From the NCBI GenBank assembly GCA_028534125.1, contig CM052818.1, positions 24,058,001 through 24,122,000 on the forward strand: DNA of 64,000 bases, read 5' to 3'. Positions within the stretch are counted from its first letter, which is position 1. Each line of letters begins with the position of its first letter. The notes beneath the pieces are model-generated. The model was not told the origin of the DNA. It saw only the letters and a list, made by a program, of their open reading frames with translations, and did no database searches. The translations under genes were made by a program, and so were the position numbers. Shown piece after piece: positions 25,670 through 38,792 of the stretch. Source of the stretch: Lama glama (Eukaryota).

Positions 25670-26930
25670 TGCAACAAAAAAATGGAGCAAAAACAGTCTT
25701 TACTAGAAATGGGGCTGGAACAACTGGACAACCACGTGCAAAACAAAAAAATGAATGTAGCCACTGATCTTACACCCTGAACTCTTTACACTCCAAGATC
25801 ACTTTGCACTCTGGAAGATATCAGCCTTCCTCATCTCCTTCAGTACGATTAACCCCAAATGGATAATAGATCTAAATGTAAAATGCAAAATTATAATACT
25901 CCTAGAAGATAACAGCACAGAAACCCTAGATGACTTTGGGTATAGAGATGACTTTTTAGATCCAACACCAAAAGCAAGATCCATAAAAAAATTAAAAATT
26001 ATTGATAAGGGAGACTTCCTTAAAATTAAAAACTTCTCTGCAAAAGACAATGTTAAGAGAATGACAGGACAACCCACCGACTTGGATAAAATCTTTGCGA
26101 AAGGCACATCTGATAAAGGTATGTTACCCAAAATAGACAAAGAATTCTTAAAAGTCAACCACAAGAAATCCAACACCATTGAATAACAGGCCAAAGACCT
26201 TAACAGACATTTCACCAAAGAAGGTATACATATGGCAAAAGCAAAAACAAAAAACATATGAAAAGATACTTAATATCATATGTTGTAACAGGGAAATGCA
26301 AATTAAAAGAACAATGAGATATCACTACATGCCAAATAGAATGACCAAAATCCAGCACACTAACAACAAACGCTGGTGAGGATGTGAAGCAACAAGAAGT
26401 CTCATTTATTGTTGGTGGAAATGCAAGATTGTATAGCCACCTTGGAAGACAGTTTGGAAATTTCTTACAAAACTAAGCATACTCTTATCAACTAGCAATC
26501 ATACTCCTTGGAGCTAAAGCTTATCTCTACACAAACTACATAGATTTGTAGCAGCCTTATTCATAACTGCCAAAACCTAGAAGCAACCAAGATGTTCTTC
26601 AGTAGGTGAAAAGATGGATAATCTGTGGTACAACCAGACAGTGAAGTATTTAGTGAAAGAAAGAAATAAGCCATCAAACCATGAAAAGATATTCAGAACC
26701 CTTAAATACATATTACTAAGTGAAAAAAGACCATCTGAGAAGGCTACTCACTGTATGAGTCCAATGGTATGACATTCTGGAAAAAGGAAAAAAAGTCAAT
26801 GATTGCTAGGGTTTAGAGGTGAGAGGTGAGGGATGGATGAATGGGTGGAGCACAAAGGATTTTTAGGGCAGTGAAAGTACTCTGTATGAGATTATAATTG
26901 TGTAAACATGTCATTGTACATTTGTCCAAA
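25670..26930 (+). mobile_element. L1MC-type 3' region (ORF2 end plus 3' UTR)
   Basis: aaatggggctggaacaactgga, aaaattaaaaacttctctgcaaaagaca, REMQIKRTMRYHY in ORF 26179-26379, and 3' UTR gattttagggcagtgaaa...catgtcattgtacatttgtccaaa. Confidence 0.92.
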
Positions 26931-27754
26931 GATTTCTGCCCTTCACTCTAGAGTTTGGTAGTTTGAAAGAGAAGACTATTTAGTATGTTATTATTTTACA
27001 AACATTGACTTGGAGAACCAGAAACAGAATAGCTCCAACTCTCAGTTCAGCTGGAAACTAGTGCTGAGAAATTGTGAAAATAATGACTTCTCAGTTTTCT
27101 TACCTGTGGCCTCAAGGACGTCTAATATTCCTTTGAACTCAGAAAGTCATAGAAGATAAAACTGTTTCACATCTATTGACGTGTGAAAAGTGGAGACAGG
27201 TTTGTGCTTCTCTTAGGTACTGGTTAGTACATTTCCGCTTTCTGAAGCGTATGATTTTCTGTGTATGCTATTTCCTCCTGTCATCATCGTTCTCCTAAGG
27301 GAACAGTTTGTACTTGAATTACTGACAGCACAGGCCTTCCATAGGAGAGTACAAGTTGCCTGAGGAGAAGACAAGCTCCGTTGTTTGCTTTTGAATTATT
27401 AACAGCCACGATTTATGCGGACTAGAATAACAATCGCTATGTAGGAAAAAAATGAAGAAATACTGGTGGCCAAAAGGACATTTAGAATGAGTGTTAGGTT
27501 TTACACTACTGCTCTGGGGATACCTTCCTCATTGGAAAGTGTTAAAACAATCCATCAGAGGCCAAGTACTGTTGCTCACAGTCCACTTCTATGTGCGTGA
27601 ATGTATATTGATTCAATCAAAGGTGCCCTTGTGTGTAGGTGTGTTGGTATGTGTGTCTGTGTGCACTTCTTTATAAAATTTTAAAAAGTGGTGTGATTTT
27701 TAGAAATGACATTGGCAACAGCACTGTACATCCTCAAATTAAAAGGGATGTAGT

Positions 27755-27950
27755 AAACTTTCAGCTATAAAATAAATAGGTCATGGAGGTGTAATGTACA
27801 GCATGGGGAACAGAGGCAATAGCATGGTCATTACTTTGTACGGTGTTGCATGGTGGCTAGACTTATCGTGGTGATCAATTTGTAATGTATATGAATGTTG
27901 AATCACTATGCTGCACATCTGAAATGTCAACTAGACTTGAATTTTAAAAA
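27755..27950 (+). mobile_element. L1 3' UTR terminal fragment
   Basis: ttcagctataaaataaataggtcatggaggtgtaatgtacagcatggggaa...gttgaatcactatgctgcacatctgaaa. Confidence 0.85.
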
Positions 27951-28859
27951 GGGATAGAGTAGATTTGGTCTGTTTTTCATTACTGCCAGATATAAACTTC
28001 CTACAGTTATAACAACTAAGCAATCTGATAAATAAAAATATTTTATAAGGGCAACTTCTCTTCAGGATGATTCTTAATGTATAATCTATCAAATCCATAC
28101 TCCAAATGAACTAAAGAAATTAGAGAATAATTTAAAAATAGGGCATCTAAATCAAAGCAATACAGTGATTGAATTTTTTTTTATTCAAAGAAAACATAGC
28201 TTACGACAATCCTTGCCAGAAATGCCGTATCTGAACTGAGTTTCAAAGGTAAACAATAAGCAAACTGAACCCACAACTTCAGGTATGAGATACTGAGTTT
28301 TACTGTTTGTTTCCTAGTGGCACTTCCCTTTGACCCACATTAGCCTTTATCCTGGCCAATGCCCATGACTCCAGAAAGCAGGAGAGTGCAAACTAGCTTG
28401 GGAGTAGAGCAGGAGCAGCCACCTGGGAACTTTCCACTGTCCTCAGGCTCCAACCTTATGTATTTTTCCTGTGTCTCTCCTTTCATCCAAAACTACTTTG
28501 AAGGGATAGCATAACAGGGTCTAGAAGGGCTTTGAGACTTGTAGGGATGTGACACAATAAAGAAGTGTCCTACAACATCTTTATTCCCATAAGCCAATTC
28601 CAAAGTGAGGGTCATGGTCAACTAGGAATTTCCTTGACGAGCACCATGAGAGGATCATACATGGTCCTTTGAGTAAGTCCTTCTTTAAGGTCTTCAAGGA
28701 AGAACCAAATGGGATGCAGTTGAGAGGACTTTCCTCTTTATTCCTTCCATGATAATCTGCTGAATAATGATGTTCTTCAAGTAGCAGGCAGGGAGAGGCC
28801 AACATTTCTTTCCGAATTACTCTGTTCCAGGCTACAGTTTTCTGTGGGTTACCTAAAGC

Positions 28860-29020
28860 AGTCTTCACAACAAGCGTATGAGATGGTTACTATGATGAGC
28901 TCCATTGTGCAGATAAACTGTGGCCCACAGAGAATGACCGACCTATGGAAATGCACACCACCCGTAAGCAGCAGGGCGAGCTGGTGTGCACAGCAGCTTG
29001 GCTCCGGTCGCCCTGCTGCG
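28860..29020 (-). mobile_element. MIR fragment
   Basis: tcttcacaacaa..tatgagatggttactat..ctccattgtgcagataaactgtggcccacagaga. Confidence 0.55.
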
Positions 29021-29559
29021 TGGTTAAGTCTATGGACGTCTCAAAGCAACTTCTAAGGCCAATGAAGCTAATGGCTGAGGCCCAGGAAGAAAGGAGTTTG
29101 AGTCAGAAACAAAAGTGGCAGAAGTAAGTATCTGCCTTGAGGACCTCACTAGAAAGCATATTTGTTCACTGATCATTTACAGAAAGTAAACAACACTGTC
29201 CACCTTGGAAAGACACTCAGCAGCGGTGAGCTCCACAAAATCTCCTAGGTCGCCAGGTTAAGAGCAATGCCCCCCACCACTCCATGGTCACGGCTGAGTG
29301 GGCCACAGCAGTCTCTTCCTCGTTATCTCCCACACCTCCGTTCAACTTGACTTTCATACTCAGCTCAGGGACTTTCTGAAAGCTAAGGACTGGAAGGCTG
29401 AAGCACAGCTCTCCTTATCATCCTCAATGACAGAAATTAAATGAGTGCCAACTGAGTGGAAGATTTCAGTCCCAGCTCCTAGTAATTCTAAGGTATTTTT
29501 ATATTTTAGGATTCAGTACCTCCCTACAGGAGATAGTCATGAGTTACCATCTGCCTCCA

Positions 29560-30650
29560 AGCTAGTCTACTCTAATAGGGTTACCATTTGTATCTCCAGC
29601 CTGGAAGTCTCCCCTGAAGCTCAGACTTTGTAACCAAATGATTCCTTGATGTTTCCATCTAAGTGTTAATAACATCTCAAACTTAACATATCCAAAACTA
29701 AACCCCTAGTTTCCCCCTTCAAATGTACTTATTTATCTCAGCAAATGACAAGGCTTCCCTTTCAATTTCTCAGACCAAAAACCTGTATTCATCCTTAGCT
29801 CACCTCTATTTTTCAAAACCTTATCCAATTTCGTCATGAATTCCTGTCAGCTCTTCTTAAAATACATCTAAATTCTATCTACCTCTTACCACTCCCCCCA
29901 ACTCCTCGCTATCATCCTCTTCAAGGCACCATCGTTTCTTGCCTGGATAATCACAGTATCCCCCTAAATAAGCTCTGGCTTCTGCCACTCTCCCTACCCC
30001 ATACTCCACTATGTACATGGAAGTACAAAAAAAATCCTATGAAAATAAACTTAGGTGATGTCTTTCTTCTGCTCAAAACGCTCACATGATTCCAAGTTGT
30101 ACTTGGAGCAAAAGCCAGTGTTTTCTCAATGGTTGGCAGACCCTAAACAATCTAGACCCTTCCACTGTTTCCTCAACGGCCACATCTCCTTCTGCTTTCC
30201 CCTTGGATCACTCTCTTCCAAACACTGCAGCCTCCCCGAGTTCCTCATGCCAACCAAATGTGCTCCCATTTCAGGGCACTTGTCTAATATGACCACTTTA
30301 CCTGGAATCCCCTTCACATAGCAACTGCATGGGTTACTTCACCTTCTGCAGGTCTTTGTTCAAACGTCAGCCTTTTGTGAGTTCTTCCCTGGGCACTCTA
30401 TCCAAAATAATAATAACTTCACTGACTTTTTCCCCTTCCTTATTTTTCTTATGAATGTATTCTTGTCTTAGCTTTTAACATCATCTAGCATGCTATGCCC
30501 ATTACTTGTTTAACTTGTTATTTCTCTACCCAAACTAGAATACAAGCTCTATAATGAGAAGGATTTTTTCATTTTATTTCCAGGTGTGATCCCAGCTCCT
30601 AAAACAGTGCCCGACGTAAAAGACACTCAGCAAATTTTAGTTGGGTAAAA
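29560..30650 (+). mobile_element. LINE-2 (L2a-like) 3' about 1.1 kb
   Basis: tctcccctgaagctcagac, catctcaaacttaacatatccaaaac, cttctgctcaaaac, ctagaatacaagctc, ctaaaacagtgcccgacgta. Confidence 0.9.
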
Positions 30651-30829
30651 AGAACAAAGTATACAACGTGCTTTTATTTCTGTTTAAATAACACAATTTG
30701 AGCCTTATTTTTCATTTAAATTCTAAAATACTATATATTATATACTACATTCCAAAGCAGAATCTTTCTTCCTCCGTATTAAGTGTATAAAAAAGTTAGA
30801 AGTCTAATAATTAACAAAGAATTTCTGGA

Positions 30830-31780
30830 CAGAGAGCGCTGGTGTGCTGTGAGTCCCACTGCAAATGGAAAAAGGGAAGGATGTCTACTCCACTCCAAGA
30901 CCAGGGGAAAAGGATTCTGCAGGGCACTTGGAGAGTTTGAGTGACACATGCAGTGGTCTAATTTATGCCTTGGAAGCTTAAAGGTTGAGAGGTTGTCTGA
31001 GGTATATTTCCATCTCAGAGGGAGATACCAGTTTGGCACCTGCAGTCCTGATGAAAGAGAACTGAAGATGAGTATTCTAGAGGTAGATCATAAAAGATAA
31101 ATCCAGCTGGAAACCCCTGAAAGGAATTTTGCTCAAGAGGGTCAACTGAGACCCAACAGAGAGATGGGTGCTTGGATGTGCACTATCAAGCAGCCAGTCA
31201 GTGGGGCGCTTATCATCTGCATCACGGGAATCGCAGGGGAGGGATGTCAGGCAACAGAGAACTCCCCTAAGAACATCCGAAAGTGTTGCACAAGATTGTC
31301 TCAGTTTGAAATATTTTCAAAGCTCAGAGGCATTACAATCATTCACAATAATACGAGCCAAGTAAGAACTCATCCTGCCCATTTTCTTCTCTTCTCTTCT
31401 CTCACTTTTTGACCCTAGAAGGGCCAGAAACCCCTATGGGGAAGAAGCTAGAAAAGATTCAAATCACAAAGTGGGGAAAGAGAATCTACCACTGCATTCC
31501 ACTCCCACTGGTGACAGAATCAGGTTGGGATGTACATGAAGCTGGAACCAAGAAGGTTAAAATTTTATTATAATACTAATGGGCATGTTAATTATATAAA
31601 CTGCTTTTAAATCCTAAAAATAATGCAAAAACCATGGGACTTTACTAAATTCCATCTGGAGGGTGAGACAGGAGAAACATTAACCCTAGAGAATAAACTT
31701 GAAGCAAGAATGAGAACTGAAAATTAGGTTGCTTAGAATTCTATCCCATGAAACATGTTTACTCAATGTTATTGTTACAT
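30830..31780 (+). mobile_element. Possible ancient LTR (MamGypLTR-like)
   Basis: Purine-rich segment with ccaagtaagaactcatcctgccc and an AT-rich 3' portion; weak recollection only. Confidence 0.3.
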
Positions 31781-32119
31781 ATTCAGTGAAAACCAAAAGA
31801 CTATGTCCTTATTCAGTATAATCATTTCTGTATAAAATACTGGTATTTTTGGCATATGAAACATCACCCAATAAAAATCTTACCTTCCTATTATAATTTG
31901 CTCAACTTTTATGCACAAGAAAGTTGTTGCTCCTACCTGACTCCTTGACAAAGGAAGAAAAATACTCACCCTAATATTTCTCCAATAAAAGAAAAAGGGA
32001 ATTGTGCTCAATACGTAACAACTATTAACTGATCTTGGTGAATAGAAGAAATTAACCTACCTGTTCAGATCAGTCTACAGAGATGCCACTGAGCTCAATA
32101 GAACAGAGGCTTTCAATAC

Positions 32120-32310
32120 TGCAGGATAAATTATGACTTGCCAACAAAGCAGCTAAAATTGCTAATGTAATCCTAAGTATAGTCTTCAGATTAAGGAAAC
32201 TAGAGCTATGATTTATTCTGCATTGTTCAGATCACTTAAAGAATACTAAGTTTCATTTTCATGTTGTATTATTATTAAGAAAGGGCCAACCTAAAGTACA
32301 TATAGAAAAA
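32120..32310 (+). mobile_element. L3/CR1 fragment
   Basis: gccaaca..gcagctaaaattgctaatgtaatcctaag...tattctgcattgttcagatcac resembles CR1 ORF2 3' consensus. Confidence 0.6.
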
Positions 32311-32429
32311 GTAATTCAAGAATCTATATACTTTAACAAACAGTAAAGAATAGAAGACAAAGCAGAACATGGGATTTGTCCTAATTTTAAAATGCAGTCA
32401 TGTAGAACAAAAATAAGGAATATTACAAA

Positions 32430-32965
32430 AAAAAGAAAATTCAAACCATCAATAAACATAGAAAAACAGGCTCAACTTCGATAATCACCAGAGACATGAA
32501 AATCATAATCAAACTCACCATATTGGGCAAAAATTTTAAATCTGATAGTACAAGTTTTGGGAGGACATGGAGCAAAGTGAAATTCTGTGCACTGCTGATT
32601 GGAGGACAGACTGGAATAATTACTTTAGAGAAAATTTTTTAGTTTCTAGTAAAATTCTAGTAAAAAAAGATGCATGTATCCTGTAATGGAAAAATTTCAC
32701 CTTTGGACATATAGTCTATGGAAACAAATACACTCACATATTCAGGGCACACATTATCATGACTTTCACTGGATGTAGGAAAAATGCCAAATAAATTGTG
32801 GTGTATTTGTACAAAAGCATACTCTAAAGCACCAAAAGAGAACAAATGCAACTCAAGTCTTAACAATTGTAAAGTAAAGTACAAAAAGCAAGACACAAAA
32901 TAATACAAATAGTATTAGTTCATTTAAATAAAGTTCAAGGTAGACAAAACGTGAACATACAATTT
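32430..32965 (+). mobile_element. L1ME-type 3' fragment (resumes at about 33790-33950)
   Basis: aataaacatagaaaaaca.gctcaacttc, ggcaaaaattttaaatctgatagtacaag, ataaattgtggtgtattt; resumes caggatagtaaccacctct...tttcttgacctgtgtggtggtt. Confidence 0.8.
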
Positions 32966-32974
32966 TTTTACACT

Positions 32975-33477
32975 AAATATCCATCAACGGGTAAATGGAC
33001 AAAGAAACACACACACATACAAAGGAATACTAACCAGCTATAAAACAGAATAAAGTTTTGCATTTTCAACAACATGGATGGACCTGGAGGGGATTATGCT
33101 TTATGCTCAGTGAAATAAGTCAGAGGAAGACAAATAATCTATGTTATCACTTGTATGTGGAAACTAAAAATATAACAGATGAATGTGTATTAAAAAACAC
33201 AGATACCAACTCACAGATACTGAGAAGAAACTAGTGTTTACCAGTGAGGATAAGAAGGAAGGGGAGGTGAGATTGGGGTATGAAATTAAGAAACACAAAA
33301 TGTATAAATTAAATAATCAACAAGGATATTTTATACAGCACAGGGAAATATAGCCATTCTTTAGTAATAACTTTAAATGCAGTATAATCTATAAAAATAT
33401 GAATCACTATGTTGTACACCTGAAACTAACATAGTATTGTAAATATACTATACCTCCATTTAAATTAATAAATAAAA
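32975..33477 (+). mobile_element. L1 3' end (L1MA9/artiodactyl-type), first of a tandem pair
   Basis: caacaacatggatggacctggagg..attatgct, tacagcacagggaaatatagcc, gaatcactatgttgtacacctgaaactaa, A-rich tail. Confidence 0.92.
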
Positions 33478-33479
33478 TG

Positions 33480-33785
33480 ATTGAATATAACAGAAACAGA
33501 AACAGACTCACAGTCATAGGGAACAAACTAGTGATTACCAGCAGGGAGAAGGAAGGAGCAAGGGACAAAAATAGGGGCAGGGAATTAAGAGGCATAAATT
33601 ACTATGTATAAAATAAATAAGCTACAAGGATATATTGCACACCACGAGGAATATAGCCAATATTTTATGATAGTATAAATGGAGTGTACCGTATAAAATT
33701 TTTGATTCACGATGTTATACACATGAAACTAATATAATATGGTAAATCAACTATACCTCAATTAAAGAAAGAAAAAAGAAAGAAA
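33480..33785 (+). mobile_element. L1 3' end, second of a tandem pair
   Basis: aacagaaacagactcacag...gaacaaactagtgattacca...gtaaatcaactatacctcaattaaagaaagaaaaaag. Confidence 0.92.
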
Positions 33786-34009
33786 CTTCATACATACACA
33801 TCCAGGATAGTAACCACCTCTACAGAAGAGGGATGGAGTGTTACTGGAAGGAACACATACATGTCTTCTGGGTACTGACAGAATTTAATTTCTTGACCTG
33901 TGTGGTGGTTGTGTGTATGCTCACTGTAGAAACATTAAATGCCCTTTCATATGAGTGTTACAATAGGGACCATGTAGACAAGGCAGTGGTCATTTCAGAT
34001 CCTAAAATG

Positions 34010-34220
34010 TGACAAAAGCATAGTTGTCCTATATCATTTAAGGACTAGAAGTTAGATACAAAATTACAAGGTGACAGTGATACAAATTCCATGGCAATGA
34101 AAGATGTACTTTCCAATACTTCGAGCTATTCATACAGAAAAATGACCTAAAATTTTTGATCTTTCTGCACATGAGAATTCAAGCCGGTTGCAGATGATCA
34201 TCATTCAGGAGAAGCAGAGG
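34010..34220 (+). mobile_element. L3/CR1 3' fragment
   Basis: aaggactagaa...aaattacaaggtgacag...aagatgtactttccaatacttcgagctattc...attcaagcc. Confidence 0.4.
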
Positions 34221-34431
34221 AAGAACGTGTCAACTGACAGCAGATTTGACTTTCGTAAATTCTAATTTTGACATTCTATAATCTTGTAATTCAAGGTTTC
34301 TTTTATAACTATCTTGGCTGACCTGATAAAACTCATCCTGAACATTCTCCAGTCTGTTTCATGAACACAGAACATTAGCTGGGGATTTGAAACCCTGACT
34401 TGGGGGAGGGGAGGAATTAAATCCAATAAGT

Positions 34432-34448
34432 GTTGCCATCTAGTGGGT
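34432..34448 (-). promoter_or_regulatory. CTCF core motif
   Basis: Reverse complement CCACTAGATGGCAAC matches CCACYAGRKGGCR; motif only, no binding evidence. Confidence 0.5.
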
Positions 34449-35219
34449 GCCCTTTCAACCTAAAAAATAGAAGATAGAATTTGAATCAATCCTGTACAAG
34501 AAGTCCAGTTGCACAAATATGGAGTAAAGGGCCACTGCACACCTCTCCTCTCTGCAATGAAATACTTCCAGCATAAAAAGTGGCTTTAAAAACATACAAT
34601 TTTCTTTTTACTTAACCAAATGACTTTTAAATGTAAAACCAAAGAAACTTTGTCATTTATACTTCCTAAAAGTACACGAAGCTATCCTGAAATAGAAATT
34701 GATTCCTGTACTAAGCAAACTGAAGTAGATGAGATAAATGGAAAAAAATGATAAGGGAAATGAATTATCAGACATTGAACGGCATATGACAACACCATGC
34801 GAACAAGTACAATTTAATAAAGATAAATTGTGCTTGAGATGCTTTGTCTACTCAGGAAACATTAAATACTGGCTGAAACTTTTTTTTTTTCTCTGCTTAG
34901 CTTCAAGAAAGAGAGTGTGGAATAAGTATTTGAATTTTCTCTGGCTGTTTTGCCATATGTGGTATGTCTAGGATGCAATAATTTTCTTTGAATAAATTTG
35001 TTCCCACACGTAAAATGATTTAAAAAAAAAGCTAGCATACCTTTGTCATTAGGGAATGTAGTAAGAAAAATGGATGCACAGGCTGAGAAACTGCAAGATG
35101 TGAGTAGAACACCTTTCGAGCCTCTGTATCTCTGGCAAGAGAGAAGAGGGGACCTCGGAGTTCTGCCATTTCCTGCCAAGATGTTTCCTTTCCCACAGCA
35201 CTCATAGCCTTGCCTCCGT

Positions 35220-35575
35220 TCTTTCACCTGAGACCATCAGGACTAACCTCAAGTAATCGTTCATTCTCAGGAATCTATATTCATTTTTCTCTAAACAAAT
35301 TGGAGAGAATATCCACTATGTCCAATTATGGCAATTCCTACTTCCCTTCCCTTGACATTGCACTTCTCATGTACGACATATTGTATTTTAACTTGTTTAC
35401 TTGACCATTTTAATTCTATATCCCATACCCCAGAATGTAAGCTCCATGCAGGGATGAATATTTGTCTGTTCCATTACTGGTGGTACTCTCAAGACCCAGG
35501 ACAGTGCCTGGCATACATGGGATTCCCAATAAATGCTATGAAATGCATGGCTGCATGGGTAGATAAATAAATGCA
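35220..35575 (+). mobile_element. LINE-2 3' end
   Basis: cagaatgtaagctccatgcaggga...aggacagtgcctggcatacat...caataaatgct and decayed tail. Confidence 0.85.
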
Positions 35576-36529
35576 AAGGAAAAAGAAATGAAAGTTTGTT
35601 GTCTCTGTGGATATGACCTTAAGTTTTTAGTTACTGGAATTGTCCTGTAAACTAGATATATTCCACTTTTTGATTTGATTCCCTAAATTTCATTGAGATT
35701 ATATAAGCATATAATCAATGAAGTTTAGGGAATGCTGTATCTTTTAAAGTGTACCATAACTATGAGAAATACTAAAATGAATTACATAGGATAGACTTAT
35801 TTTAGTCAGTCAGCAACTCTTCTGGCAACTGGAGACAATGGAATCACTTTTGAATTACTGTCTTGTTATAATTACAACTTTATCCACTTACTTCCTTTTT
35901 GGTATTCGGCCTACAATTAGGAGTAACCATTCACCAAGTGAATGGTAGTTAACACCCTGTGGATGAGTGACTACATTTCCACCAGATACGTGTTAAAAGT
36001 TTTAGAGATCAGAACCATTTAGCACATTTATCAATTATATCATCCTTTAAATATGCTTTCTTCCAAGCTCTAAATAGAGCAAAACTTAAACAGCTCTATA
36101 AATAAAATATTACACACATAAAAGGTAAGAAACAAAACAGGAAGGCGCACCTGTGTTTTTATGAAATATTAATTATTATAAATTATAAGACATGACAGGT
36201 GAAAAAATTTCCATCTATCAATCAGAAATGTGGAAGGCATTAAAATGGATACAAGCCAAAGCAAATGCATTCCAAAGAGAAAAAAAAAGTTGATTATTTC
36301 AGAATAATTTTTAAATGTACCTCAGGAACTTTCTATAAAAGAGAGGAAAATCTAAAGAAAAAAACTAGAAAATACAACCGTTCTAATTAATGCTGAACTC
36401 TTTTATTATCAATTACTCCCTGGAAACTTTCTGAACTTTGGTTGTTATAAGGATATTCTAGGTCACCTTTAACACTTTCAGATGTATAGCCTACCTGGCA
36501 AACTGAAGTGGTGGGACTTCTCTTACCCT

Positions 36530-37405
36530 TTAATGCGTGTCCACCAACCAGCCCATCTTCCTAAAATTCATTCCACAATCTTTTCCATTTCAGAAAATGA
36601 TAACTCCATTCTTTCAGAAACCAGTGGAATAGAACATGAGCTAAGAAGACATTACTGACTACTCCCTTACATGATTCTAATTCATCATCAAACCATAAAT
36701 GTTCTATCTTCAAAATATATCTGTACCATCTGTCTCTTTTCTAAAGCACCATGCTGTCTCTCCTGGATTACCACTGTAGCGTCCTGAGCAAACACCTTGC
36801 TTCCCCCATTGCCTTCCTAAAATTCATTCTCAAAACAGCAGCTAGAGTCATCTTTCCAAACATGTGTCTGATCATGTTACTCTTTTGTTTAACACACTAC
36901 AATGATCTTTTTTTTCCATCTCAGTAAGCTATTGCCGTAATTAGTAGTTCTTACCAGATTTTGCCGTTTCTCGAAACTTACCTCTATGAGTGTCCTCACT
37001 ATACCCAACTCGTTCTATTTCAACCATACTTGCTTGTCTTCAAAAAGTTCATACTTAACTCATGCATACTTTCACTTTCTATTTAGTCGGCCTGGAAATG
37101 CCTTCCCACATATAGTTGCATTGCTGGTTTTGTCATTTTCTTAAGGTCTCTATTCAACATCATGTTATCAAGGAAACTATTTCTTCCCCCACTTCCTACC
37201 ATAGCAGACATGCCCTATTCATACAAGTGTATACTATTTTTGCCCACTGTACCTATCACTATTTGATAGTTTGTATGTTTATTTGTTTAGTCATTTGCTT
37301 CTCTCTCACCAACTGAAATATAAATAAGCTCCACGTAGGTATGGAATCTGTGTGTTTTAATCGTTACTGTATTTATAGCTCTGAGTATAGAACCTGGCAC
37401 ATGAT
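36530..37405 (+). mobile_element. LINE-2 3' region
   Basis: ttctatcttcaaaatatatct, tctcctggattacc, cagcagctagagtcatcttt, gcctggaaatgccttccc, taagctccacgtagg, agaacctggcaca. Confidence 0.85.
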
Positions 37406-37619
37406 CTGAAGACACACTATCCTGTGTGACTCAGAAAGGACCATGAGGAGCTACATCTGGAAGTCTCCTGGGGTGCCAGTGCTTGCCGATGCTTCCTTTT
37501 TCCTATTCAGTCATAGCTTTTACTTTTATTAAACCCTCAGCTGAGTAAGCCCTGAAGAGGCTTGTACTTTCAATTATCTAAATCTGTGTAATTCATGCAA
37601 AATATCATCCAAGTGAAAA

Positions 37620-38292
37620 ACAAGCTCTAGGAGAAAAAAGTGTAATGCATAAACCCAACAAAAGGTTAATATTCAGAATATATAAATTAGTAAGAAAAAA
37701 GCAGAGACAAAACATGGGCAAAGGACTTGAACAGAAATTTCACATGGCTGATTTCACAATGACTAATAAAGTTATCAAAAAGGGATCAAATTCATTAGAC
37801 ATTAGGGGAAATTCAAAGTAAAATCAACATGCAATACTAGTTCCTATCCATCAAAATTGCTTACATGAAAATTTTAGATAGGACCAAATGGAGATCAAGG
37901 AAGTGGAGCAACCAATGGCTCATATGAATTGCTGGTAAGAATAACACTGATACAATCACTTTGAAAAACTGGCTGTCAATAGATATGAAAGTTCAACCTA
38001 TTCATGTCCTATGATCTAGTCATTTCATTTCTACTCATATTTCCAATGGAATTGTACACATAGTCCATGAAAATTATAAAAGAGACGTTCCTAAAAGCAC
38101 TATTCATAATAGTTCAAACTGAAAACATCCCATATGTCCTTCGACAGTAAAGTGGGTAAATAAAGTTTTGTACATTCATATAATGGAAGACTGTATGCCA
38201 ATGATAAGAAATTAAACCACATGCAACAGCATGGATTAAATCTGCCACATACGTTATTGAGCAAAAAGTCAGACACAAAAGAATACATTCTA
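37620..38292 (+). mobile_element. L1ME/MD-type 3' fragment, cut by gap
   Basis: atgggcaaaggacttgaacagaaatttcac, ttaggggaaattcaaagtaaaa, agcactattcataatag, acatgcaacagcatggattaaatct. Confidence 0.88.
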
Positions 38293-38792
38293 NNNNNNNN
38301 NNNNNNNNNNNNNNNNNNNNNNNNNNNNNNNNNNNNNNNNNNNNNNNNNNNNNNNNNNNNNNNNNNNNNNNNNNNNNNNNNNNNNNNNNNNNNNNNNNNN
38401 NNNNNNNNNNNNNNNNNNNNNNNNNNNNNNNNNNNNNNNNNNNNNNNNNNNNNNNNNNNNNNNNNNNNNNNNNNNNNNNNNNNNNNNNNNNNNNNNNNNN
38501 NNNNNNNNNNNNNNNNNNNNNNNNNNNNNNNNNNNNNNNNNNNNNNNNNNNNNNNNNNNNNNNNNNNNNNNNNNNNNNNNNNNNNNNNNNNNNNNNNNNN
38601 NNNNNNNNNNNNNNNNNNNNNNNNNNNNNNNNNNNNNNNNNNNNNNNNNNNNNNNNNNNNNNNNNNNNNNNNNNNNNNNNNNNNNNNNNNNNNNNNNNNN
38701 NNNNNNNNNNNNNNNNNNNNNNNNNNNNNNNNNNNNNNNNNNNNNNNNNNNNNNNNNNNNNNNNNNNNNNNNNNNNNNNNNNNNNNNNNNNN
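38293..38792. other. Assembly gap (500 N)
   Basis: Exactly 500 N. Confidence 0.99.

Noticed and set aside
28581..29127. Cluster of short ORFs
   Set aside because: Partly MIR-derived, no domain signature, lengths expected by chance.
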